Source of the DNA: Oligoflexia bacterium
GTDB taxonomy: Bacteria; Bdellovibrionota; UBA1018
Length of the DNA stretch: 29,745 nucleotides
Direction of reading: 5' to 3'
Assembly: GCA_043732485.1 (NCBI GenBank)
Contig: JAYTHP010000154.1
Coordinates: 1 to 29,745 of the forward strand
The notes beneath the pieces were generated by a model, which saw nothing but the letters and a program-made list of their open reading frames with translations, was not told the DNA's origin and searched no databases. Below are positions 1 through 8,018 of this stretch, piece after piece. Every line of letters begins with the position of its first letter. Position 1 is the first letter of the stretch. The translations under genes and the position numbers were made by a program.

Positions 1-1
1 T

Positions 2-847
2 TCTAAGGAGCTGTTCGGTTTACTCACACACGAGGAGGCTATTCGGGGTCGGAGGTTACACGGGCGGGACCAGCTGAGCGATGCTAGAGAAATGACTTAC
101 CCACAATTTTTAGAGCGATACGCTCTAACGCGAGTAGGCCGCCAGCTGCCCTACCTCTCCAACGCACTCAAACTGCGCTTTCAAGCTGTTGCAGAGATGA
201 GAGTGTTTCTGGGAACTGCCGCTGCCAGGGAGTTTAATCGCTTCTCCTTTCAATTCAATCGCCCTGGAGGATGGCAAGACGGGGATTGGGCACTGCTCCG
301 TCAACGGACTCACGCACAAGCCATTGAGTTGGATTTAAGGAGTTTTGGCCTAGGAGACGCGGGAGCAGCATCCCTAGCGGCCCAGCTCCAATATCTCTCC
401 GCCCTCACCTCTTTGAATCTTGGATACAATAACCTAGGAGACGCGGGAGCAGCATCCCTGGCGGCCCAGCTCCACCGTCTCCCCGCCCTCACCTCTTTGA
501 ATCTAGACGGGAATGGCTTAGGACGCGCGGGAGCAGCTTCTCTTGCGGCCCAGCTCCACCGTCTCCCGGCCCTTACCTCTTTGAATCTTGCATTCAATGA
601 CCTAGGACCCGACGGAGCAGCATCCCTGGCGGCCCAGCTCCACCGTCTCCCCGCCCTCACCTCTTTGGATCTGCATGGCAATCACCTAGGAGACGCGGGA
701 GCAACCCACCTGATCCAAGCGCTACGGACAAATCCTCGAAGTAAGCTCACTCAGGTAGACTTACGACAAAACGGTATTAGTCACGAGCTTCAAAGGCAGC
801 TCAGAGCAGCTGGGCCGGCGGGATGTCATTTTCAGTTTGAAGAATGA
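2..847 (+). CDS. LRR protein (28-aa RI-like/GALA-like repeats), 5'-truncated by window edge; paralog of 8019-9911
   Basis: Frame is open from nt 2 (SKELFGLLTHEEAIRGRRLHGRDQLSDARE) into the ATG at 92, so the true start probably lies upstream of the window. Repeats LGDAGAASLAAQLHRLPALTSLNLxxNx. N-terminal region and C-terminal cap align by eye with ORF 8019-9911. Confidence 0.88.
   Translation, partial: SKELFGLLTHEEAIRGRRLHGRDQLSDAREMTYPQFLERYALTRVGRQLPYLSNALKLRFQAVAEMRVFLGTAAAREFNRFSFQFNRPGGWQDGDWALLRQRTHAQAIELDLRSFGLGDAGAASLAAQLQYLSALTSLNLGYNNLGDAGAASLAAQLHRLPALTSLNLDGNGLGRAGAASLAAQLHRLPALTSLNLAFNDLGPDGAASLAAQLHRLPALTSLDLHGNHLGDAGATHLIQALRTNPRSKLTQVDLRQNGISHELQRQLRAAGPAGCHFQFEE
350..703 (+). 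repeat. 84-bp tandem repeat, ~4.2 copies (LRR-coding)
   Basis: Units start at 350, 434, 518, 602 and 686 with (c/t)taggasvcgmsggagca; near-identical core gcggcccagctccaccgtctccccgccctcacctctttg. Confidence 0.95.
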
Positions 848-957
848 TTTCACAGACTCCCATCAACTAATGCGCCTTCTGCTGTGATCCCGAAGTCTCT
901 GCTGCCTTTACAGCGTCGCGCAAATGAACGCCTAACCCCCAACTCACAGTTGGGCTC

Positions 958-1112
958 TTAACCCGGAGCCGGGGTCTTCTGCCGCTTTAAGTCCTCGACC
1001 CGGAATCTGTGGTGGCCCTTGCGGGTGGTTTCGCAAGGAAGCACGCCGTCTTGCACCAGTCTTCGCACGGTGGCAGGCGAGCACTCTAAGGCCGCGCACG
1101 CGCTTCCTTCAT
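958..1112 (-). pseudogene. Excisionase/MerR-like helix-turn-helix (HTH_17-like) remnant, probably frameshifted
   Basis: ACAALECSPATVRRLVQDGVLPCETTRKGHHRFRVEDL fits the EAAxxLGVSxxTLRRWxxxGxL...TxGGHRRF pattern. Removing 2 nt from a GCGCG run near 1100 joins it to the upstream RVGMKEA in another frame. Confidence 0.55.
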
Positions 1113-1195
1113 GCCGACTCGTTTGCGGGGCTTTGGGCCCAAATGGGCGGTGACGCGCCACGGAACGGGGTGGGGGGTGTCCTTTCCGCAATCGC

Positions 1196-2197
1196 TATGA
1201 AAAACTGACCGATCTAGAGGATTTGGCCGCCTACGACCGCAAGGGCTCCAGAGAAGGAAAAAAGACCGTTTATTATTCCGCCCGCTCTAGAGAAGAGATT
1301 TAGTTCCTACGGCGCAAGATCCACCCCTTGCTGTTGCGTTGCACTAAGCATGCAATTTTAAGGGAGTTGCCACAAAAAGTGGAAACCTGCATTCATCTGC
1401 CGTTTGAGACGCAACAGCGCAAGCTTTACCGAGACATCGCACTGGCTTTCACACAGCAAGTCAACGAGTCGATCTTAAAGGTCGGCGAGCTGAAATCGCA
1501 GTTCCTAATGCTGCCTGCGCTGTTACGCCTCAGACAAGCCTGCTCAGAGCCCAGTTGTTTGCCGCAAGTGAAATAGACAAAAATTACGCCAAAACTGCAA
1601 TTTATCCTTAAAACGCCGCCCTCGGTTGTCGAAGGAGGCGAGAGTGTGTTGATTTTTATTCAGTTCGTCACCACGCTAGAGCGCTGGGCGCAGGAGCTTG
1701 AGAAGCGGGGGATTGAAACCTACGCCATCCACGGGACCGTGACTCGCAAGCGGCGTGAAGACAGCCTCAGCACCTTTCAAAGCCCGCAAGTCAGAGGACA
1801 AGGTCGGGTGCTGATCATGGCGCTTAAAACCGGTGGCGCCGGCTTACACCTGACTGTCGCAAGCTACGTCATTCATGCTGAGCCCTGGTGGAATCCTGCT
1901 GCGGAGAATCAGGCCACCGATCGAGCCCACCGTATGGGGCAAGCATGCTCGGTGCAAGTCTACCGCCGCGTGATGCAAGACACGGTGGAAGAGAAAATTA
2001 AGCTCCTGAAAGCGAAGAAATCGGCGAGCTTCGATGCCGTGATCAACGGCGTATCATCCACCTCCGACACCTCCGAGCTGGCTCACACCGAAAACCCCAA
2101 AGTCAGCGCAACCCTGCAACAGCCGGGGCTCAGAGCTCTTTTCCGAAGGACTTTGACCTGTTACTATCTGAAGTATCGTAGCCGTACTTGGGGCTAA
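1196..2197 (+). pseudogene. SNF2/SWI2-family helicase, C-terminal part, disrupted
   Basis: One frame reads EEI*FLRRKIHPLLLRCTK..ELPQKVE..LLRLRQAC..VK*TKITPKL..GESVLIFIQF..LKTGGAGLHLTVASYVIHAEPWWNPAAENQATDRAHRMGQ with in-frame TAG at 1301-1303 and 1574-1576. The N-terminal ATPase lobe (Walker A, DEAQ) is absent and motifs are eroded (LRRTK to LRCTK, GLNL to GLHL). Confidence 0.88.
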
Positions 2198-2262
2198 AAG
2201 CCCCAAGTACGGCTACGAAAAAGGACTTTTTGACGCAGGCTGCTGCAGTGCAGTGCAGTGCA

Positions 2263-3459
2263 CTAAAAGTGAAACGACCGGTGCGGACTTTGCTCTCCCA
2301 GCCACTCGCGTAACTCGGCGTGCGCCTCCTTTCCCTGAATGCGAATGAAGGCAAAGGTGAGGGAGATCTTGGGGCCCAGGTTTCTTAAGTCTAGGTGAAT
2401 CATCTTGGTCCAGGTGCCGGTATTGATGTATTGCTTGCCATCTGGATAAATGCGGTTCATCGGCTTATGCGTATGGCCGAAGATCACCACCTTCACCTCA
2501 GCCTCCTGATCGAGCAGCCGGCGGGCTTGCTTTTCTAAATCCAAAGCAAAATCGACCTCCTGGCGCAAAATATCCAGCGTCCCGCGTAACGAGACTTTGC
2601 GCTGGGGGCTAGAAATAAAGCGCGTCTTGAGGAAGTAATAGGCTGAGAGAAAAATAAAGCGCAGCGTGAAGCGAAAATCAAACAACAAGCCGTAAAAGAC
2701 AAAAGCTTTGATCGGTCGCACCTTGTCAATTAAATCGCGCTCCCAACGCAGCCGATTCAAAATTTTTAAAACATAAAAACTGCCCCAAGGTAAATTGAGC
2801 ACCGGGTTTTCTAAGTCTAACGACAATATCGGGTGCTCAAAACTCAGATAATGCACCGCCTCAAACTGATTGCCATGGTGCACTTCAATACCGCCTGCAA
2901 GCCGCACACGGTCGCAGTGGGCAATGAGTCGTACCTTTTCACTCGGGTACTGACCGTCTGGATCCCAAGCCCGAGTAATGAATTCTTGCACCCGAGGAAA
3001 AAATAAATCAGCATCATGATTGCCAATCAAATAAGTAATGGTTTTGCCAGGCTTGGCTGCAAAACTGCGTAACGCCCGCATGACTTCCGCATGGCCTGCA
3101 AAAATGGCTTGACACTTTTGCAGCGAGAGGCTTTCCGAAATGGCGTCTTCAAACTCGCCTTGAAACGAGACGTTGAGAAAGTCCAGGAAATCGCCGTTAA
3201 TGAACAGCTCCACGCGGACAGGATGTCCGCCAGGGCCTTCCCCAAAACTGCCACTGGAAAAATGCCGCAAAAAGTCACACAGTTCCTGGTCGAAGTAGAA
3301 ATCTTCGTGCGGATTGAGCTTACCCTCATAGTAACGCCCGGCTGAGAGATGTAAATCACTGATAATGACCTTAAAATGCTCCGCGTCCTCAACCTCAGGC
3401 TCAGACTGAGTGGGCGGCTGCGGCGTCTGCTGCTGATAATCATCATGCGGTTCAGTCAT
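2263..3459 (-). CDS. Calcineurin-like metallophosphoesterase (LpxH-like superfamily)
   Basis: Motifs ISDLH, NGDFLD, GNHD, HGNQ, GHTH in canonical order. ATG at 3459 preferred over GTG at 3477. Confidence 0.88.
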   Translation of the reverse strand: MTEPHDDYQQQTPQPPTQSEPEVEDAEHFKVIISDLHLSAGRYYEGKLNPHEDFYFDQELCDFLRHFSSGSFGEGPGGHPVRVELFINGDFLDFLNVSFQGEFEDAISESLSLQKCQAIFAGHAEVMRALRSFAAKPGKTITYLIGNHDADLFFPRVQEFITRAWDPDGQYPSEKVRLIAHCDRVRLAGGIEVHHGNQFEAVHYLSFEHPILSLDLENPVLNLPWGSFYVLKILNRLRWERDLIDKVRPIKAFVFYGLLFDFRFTLRFIFLSAYYFLKTRFISSPQRKVSLRGTLDILRQEVDFALDLEKQARRLLDQEAEVKVVIFGHTHKPMNRIYPDGKQYINTGTWTKMIHLDLRNLGPKISLTFAFIRIQGKEAHAELREWLGEQSPHRSFHF

Positions 3460-3649
3460 AGGAGAGAGGCTCAACACTTTCCAACCAAAGGTTGACTTCA
3501 GGGACCAAATCTCTTAACATTGGCAAAAAACAGTGGGTACAAACAAGGGACAACAGGAGCGCGCCACAGCACAAAGAGACCCAAAAAACGGCCACTTAAA
3601 AACCAAGGGTTTCTCCCCAGATCCCTCTTCGACGGCACTTTATTCTATT

Positions 3650-3877
3650 ATGGCAGATTCTACAAAAAAATGGCCTGAAAATGTGGTGGGTTCGTATTAT
3701 GTCGATGATCAATGCATTGACTGCGACGCATGTCGTTCCGAAGCCCCCTCCAATTTTACCCGTCAAGAGGATAACGGCTATTCTTACGTCATGAAACAGC
3801 CGGAAAATGAGCTGGAAGAACAGCAATGCAAGGCGGCCTTAGAAGCCTGCCCCGTGGAAGCCATCGGCAACACCTAA
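3650..3877 (+). CDS. Single-cluster [4Fe-4S]/[3Fe-4S] ferredoxin
   Basis: YYVDDQCIDCDACRSEAP...ALEACPVEAIG (CxxCxxC...CP). Likely start is ATG 3650 (MADSTKKWPEN) rather than GTG 3533. Confidence 0.92.
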   Translation: MADSTKKWPENVVGSYYVDDQCIDCDACRSEAPSNFTRQEDNGYSYVMKQPENELEEQQCKAALEACPVEAIGNT

Positions 3878-4015
3878 TCACCCGCTCGCGCTTTCCCTCC
3901 ACCGATTGACGCCCAGACGCTTTCTCGTCTCAATCAATCAAGCTCAAGCTCTCCAAAGACCCCAAACGAGGGGACTTCTTGCTTACGGATCACTCGTTGC
4001 AAGCCGCACCGGCGC

Positions 4016-5158
4016 CTAGTGAAACGCGCCAATTTCAATCTGAGGCAAGCCTTTGCCTTCTTGATTGACTAAAATAGAGATCTCCTGAGCAACCCGACCG
4101 GCTAAAGCACGAAACGACTGCGCAAGCAGACTTTGCGGCTCCCGCACCACGATCGGCTGACCCACTTCGCCGCCTTCTGCGACTCCTTGATACAACGGTA
4201 ATGCGGCTAACAGCGGGGTGCGAAACTTCCGCGCTAAGACCTGACCGCCGCCCTGGCCAAAGAGAAAATGCTTCTCTTCACAACCAGGACACTGGAAATA
4301 ACTCATGTTTTCGACAATGCCTAAGACCGGGACTCGGACTTTTTCAAACATGAAAAAGGCCTTCCTCACATCTTGCATCGACACTTCCTGCGGTGTGGAT
4401 ACCAAAACCGCGCCCGTCACCGGTACCAGTTGTGCCAAGGAAAGCTGCACATCCCCCGTACCAGGAGGCATATCCACCACCAAGTAATCCAGCTCACCCC
4501 AGTTGACTTGATGACAAAACTGCGTCACCAAGCTGTGCAGCATCGGTCCACGCCAAATCACCGGCTGATCGCCTTGGATCAAAAACCCCATCGACATGAC
4601 TTTGACGCCGTGCGCCAGCGGAGGGACGAACATCTCGCGCTCCTGGTCATCTTTTTCAATTTTCACCGAATCCGTCACACCCATCATGGTGGGCACGTTG
4701 GGTCCATAGACATCGGCATCCATCAGCCCCACGCGTGCACCATCCAGCGCTAAAGAAGTAGCCAAATTCACCGCCACCGTGCTCTTCCCCACGCCGCCCT
4801 TACCACTTGAAACCGCAATGACATGGCTCACCCCCCGAATCGGTCGCGAGGTGGCCGCCTTCACCGATGGCGACGACCCCTGACTCGGCGTCTCCCGACG
4901 CGGCTTCACCACCGCGTCCATCACAATCGTCACCAACGTCACACCCGGCAACGCCTCCACCCGCGTGCGACACTCGGCCTCCATTTGCGCTTTCACCGGA
5001 CAAGCCGGGGTGGTTAAAACCACCCTAAACGACACCGCGCCCTGCTCGCTGACCACCAGATCCTGAATCATCCCGAGACTGACTAAATTATCTTTTAAAT
5101 CAGGATCTTGCACTTGACTTAAGGCTTGTAACACGCTTTGAGTATTCAATTGTGACAT
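4016..5158 (-). CDS. apbC: Mrp/NBP35 (ApbC) Fe-S cluster carrier ATPase
   Basis: N-terminal DUF59-like domain (VQDPDL..LTTPACP), SGKGGVGKST, DADVYGPNVP, WRGPM, VDMPPGTGD, ENMSYFQCPGC. Confidence 0.95.
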   Translation of the reverse strand: MSQLNTQSVLQALSQVQDPDLKDNLVSLGMIQDLVVSEQGAVSFRVVLTTPACPVKAQMEAECRTRVEALPGVTLVTIVMDAVVKPRRETPSQGSSPSVKAATSRPIRGVSHVIAVSSGKGGVGKSTVAVNLATSLALDGARVGLMDADVYGPNVPTMMGVTDSVKIEKDDQEREMFVPPLAHGVKVMSMGFLIQGDQPVIWRGPMLHSLVTQFCHQVNWGELDYLVVDMPPGTGDVQLSLAQLVPVTGAVLVSTPQEVSMQDVRKAFFMFEKVRVPVLGIVENMSYFQCPGCEEKHFLFGQGGGQVLARKFRTPLLAALPLYQGVAEGGEVGQPIVVREPQSLLAQSFRALAGRVAQEISILVNQEGKGLPQIEIGAFH

Positions 5159-5207
5159 TAAATTTTGATATCAGATTTCGCTATTCTCTACTATAACCAT
5201 CTTTCCC

Positions 5208-5966
5208 ATGAAAAATTTATCTCCCCCACCCGCTCCCACCGGCCCTTCTCATCACTCTCCCTTACCTGCCCCCGCTATCCCCTCCCCCTCCACGGTAAGC
5301 CTAGCGGTGAGTCTCGACCCCACCACCCTCTCCACCACCACTTTGGCTGCTCGCTTGGACACCCCGCACAGTGATAAGGGCCAGCGCTCACCGCCAATGC
5401 AAGGGAAAATTGCCGAGAAAATGGCTGCCATCTTAGATTTACTGGGAGAAGACCGAACTCGCGAGGGCTTACTCAAGACCCCGGAGCGCTTCGAGCGCAC
5501 ACTGACATTTTTGACCTCAGGCTATCACCAGAACGCCAATCACCTGGTTAAAGACGCCCTGTTCTCGGAGCGCTGCGAAGGGATGGTGCTGATTCGCGAT
5601 ATTGAGGTTTTCTCACTGTGCGAGCACCACCTGTTGCCGTTTTTTGGCAAAGCTCACGTGGCCTACTTACCCCGCGACAAAATCATCGGTCTTTCTAAAA
5701 TTCCCCGCATTGTCGACCTTTTTGCCCGCAGATTGCAAGTGCAAGAGCGCCTAACCGGCCAAATTGCGCATGAATTAAACCGCATCCTCTCGCCCGAAGG
5801 CGTTGCGGTGATCATTGAAGCCGACCACTTGTGCATGATGATGCGCGGCATTGAAAAAAAAAACTCCCGCACGATTACCAGCACGCTGCTCGGCGAATTC
5901 AAAGATAACCCCGTCACCCGCAAGGAAGTGTTAGATTTACTCAGCGGACTAGGCCGCAAAAACTAA
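5208..5966 (+). CDS. folE: GTP cyclohydrolase I
   Basis: [62 protein letters not shown]. Start uncertain (5208 or ATG 5397). Confidence 0.95.
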   Translation: MKNLSPPPAPTGPSHHSPLPAPAIPSPSTVSLAVSLDPTTLSTTTLAARLDTPHSDKGQRSPPMQGKIAEKMAAILDLLGEDRTREGLLKTPERFERTLTFLTSGYHQNANHLVKDALFSERCEGMVLIRDIEVFSLCEHHLLPFFGKAHVAYLPRDKIIGLSKIPRIVDLFARRLQVQERLTGQIAHELNRILSPEGVAVIIEADHLCMMMRGIEKKNSRTITSTLLGEFKDNPVTRKEVLDLLSGLGRKN

Positions 5967-6042
5967 AAGCAGCCTCAGACACGTTTCGCCCCGCAAACCT
6001 GAGGACTCTCTCACCGCCCCGTTCTCACAGTCACGAGGATGG

Positions 6043-6670
6043 GTCACCTAGTGTCGGGTACGGTTGCTTCATGACGCTTGCGAGCCACTCGCTCGGAAAC
6101 GAGGGCCTTTGGCAGCCGCGTCGAGTCCGCGTCGCCGTACTCCCCCTCTTTGGTGATCAGTAAATTATATCGCTGAAGTTTTGTCGATTACGACCCATCT
6201 CAAAGACCAGTCGTCATTCAAGAGTCCCAGTGGATAACTAACTTTCGCCGCCCTCATTTCATTGACAAACGCCTAGTACTCCGGTCGCGACAGAAGTAGG
6301 GTTAGCTTTCTGATATCGAAGGCTGCAAACTCTGCCTTGTCGCGGTAAAGCCTTGCTGCCATCATCATCAAAATAGGATCATAGTGTTCGGGATCAGTCT
6401 GAGTTTTTGCACTTCCCTTCGGCGCAAAGACATCTCGCAAAGACCTCTAAAGACGGAGACTATTCCTTCAAGCTGGGGCCTGCTCACTTGCCATCGTGAT
6501 CGCCAAAGCCTCAGCCGCCGTGAAAGTGGGACTCGCCTTACGTCGTCCCTGGAGCTCTCCCACCAAAGATGGACACTCATCAAGGTGCGGGAAAAGACGC
6601 GCCTCCTTTTTAAGTTCTAGTTTCAGGTTTCAGTTGCCGGGTGATACCCCCTCGGATAAAGCAAAAAACG
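6043..6670 (-). pseudogene. Degraded, 5'-truncated paralog (copy A) of the exported-protein pseudogene at 6670-7636
   Basis: Manual translation gives EARLFPHLDECPSLVGELQGRRK..TFTAAEALAITMASEQ..DPILMMMAARLYRDKAEFAAFDIRKL..EY*AFVNEMRAAKV..LGLLNDDW, colinear with copy B. It contains stops, a 10-nt deletion near 6207 and other frameshifts. Confidence 0.75.
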
Positions 6671-7636
6671 ATGACTAGCGTCGGGCACGCCTACTGTCGC
6701 ACGCTTGCGAGCCAACCCCTCAGAAAGCCGAGCTTTAACCAGCCGCGACGACTCCGCGTCGCTGTACCTCTCCTCTTTGTTGATCATTAAAACCATGATA
6801 TCGCTGAATTTTTTTAGATTGCGACCCATCTCAAAGACTATCGAGGTCCAATCGTCATTCAAGAGTCCAAGTGAAGCGCTGACTCTTGCCGCCCGCATTT
6901 CCTTAACAAACGCCTGGTACTCCGACCGTGCCAGAAGTTGGCTTGGCTTTCTAATATCACAGCCTGCAAACTCGACCGTGTCCCGGTAAAGTTTTGCCGC
7001 CACCCTCATCAAAATAGGACTAAAGTTCTGGGAATCATTCTAAATTTCATTTCTACCCCTCAGCGAAAAGACATCTAGAGACGGAAACCGAGAATTCAAC
7101 TGGGCCTGCTCACTTTCCATCGTTATCGCCGAAACCTCAACTGCCGTGAAAGTGGCTCGCTTTTGATTTCGATAATGGGTGAGATAGGGATGACAGCCCG
7201 CCAGCGAACGTCCGCTCAAGAAAAAGTTAATGATTAACAATTTCCTGCGTCCCTGAAGCTCGCTCGTCAAAGGCAAAAACTCATCAGCGTGCTAAAAAAG
7301 TCACGCCTCCCCCTCAGGTCCCAGTTCAGCCCCCAGCTGGTGGGTGCCGCCCCCTCGGATAAAGCAAAAATCGGTAAGTGGAAGATTCTTCACAAGCGTC
7401 TTATCCTCTAAGCTCAAGTAAGCCGCAAACGGCACTGGCGCTCGCCTTAGACTTGGTTAAACATACTGATCCTTGGGGTAGTGGGCAAGAATGTACTTTG
7501 CCACTTTCTCCCCAGCTTCAAACTCTTTTTTCCCGATCTCAGCGAGTAAGATTCGCGGCAGGGTGATGGACGCAACAGTTAGCCCGATGACGATGGTTCG
7601 CCTAGCGATCAGGAGTCTTAGTTTTTTAAACAGCAC
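6670..7636 (-). pseudogene. Degraded exported protein of unknown function (copy B), with signal peptide and PRTase-like loop
   Basis: GTG 7636 after AGGGA: MLFKKLRLLIARRTIVIGLTVASITLPRILLA-EIGKKEFEAGEKVAKYILAHYPKDQYV*PSLRRAPVPFAAYL..KNLPLT. It continues via stops/frameshift into ORF 7040-7276 and in-frame through TAG 7040-7042 into ORF 6623-7012. Confidence 0.7.
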
Positions 7637-8018
7637 ATGTTCCCTAGGCTCTTTTTTTTACTCAAAAATTTTTTCAAAACCACATGCACACCCAATCATC
7701 TAAGCCTAACCTCCAGCAACTTGGCCTGAAGGTCCCTTCTGAAGATACTAGACTCTCGCACTCGCGCTCCCCAAACTCATATTACCTCCCCCCAGCCAGC
7801 CGATCTGAGGTGCTGCTAGGGAACTTGATTAAAATAATACACGGTTAAAATTAATCTGCCAAACCTCAGCTGCCGGGTGTAAGCCCTTCATTACGCATCG
7901 CTCACCTCACCGATTACCACTTTCTACTACCCCTGCAGTTCCAAGCTCTCCTTATTTTTCATTCGCTTAGTGTATTGTATGGCTTTTTAACCTCAATGCG
8001 TCTATTCTTACGACCATC

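Noticed and set aside
310..681. Repetitive minus-strand ORF (123 aa)
   Set aside because: Antisense shadow of the LRR repeats.
350..703. CRISPR array or DGR template/variable repeat
   Set aside because: Units are in-frame 28-codon LRRs without unique spacers. Differences are not adenine-specific, and no cas or reverse transcriptase gene is in the window.
938..954. CCCAACT-cac-AGTTGGG hairpin as terminator
   Set aside because: Only a 7-bp stem with no U-tract, so too weak to call.
2244..2262. (TGCAG)n pentamer run
   Set aside because: Only about 3-4 copies between convergent genes; likely slippage with no evident function.
3533..3649. 39-aa N-terminal extension of the ferredoxin
   Set aside because: The family-like sequence starts at ATG 3650; the upstream part is more likely the divergent promoter region.
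1301..7042. Amber (TAG=Gln) recoding, suggested by in-frame TAGs in SNF2 and TAG/CAG correspondences between the tandem copies
   Set aside because: The same pseudogenes also contain TGA/TAA stops and frameshifts. Intact genes (apbC, metallophosphoesterase, HD, photolyase) end at TAG at natural C-termini, and no core gene has an internal TAG. CAG>TAG is a common C>T nonsense change.
6043..7375. Insertion sequence or prophage att duplication
   Set aside because: No transposase/integrase motifs or terminal inverted repeats. The copies are diverged coding paralogs.
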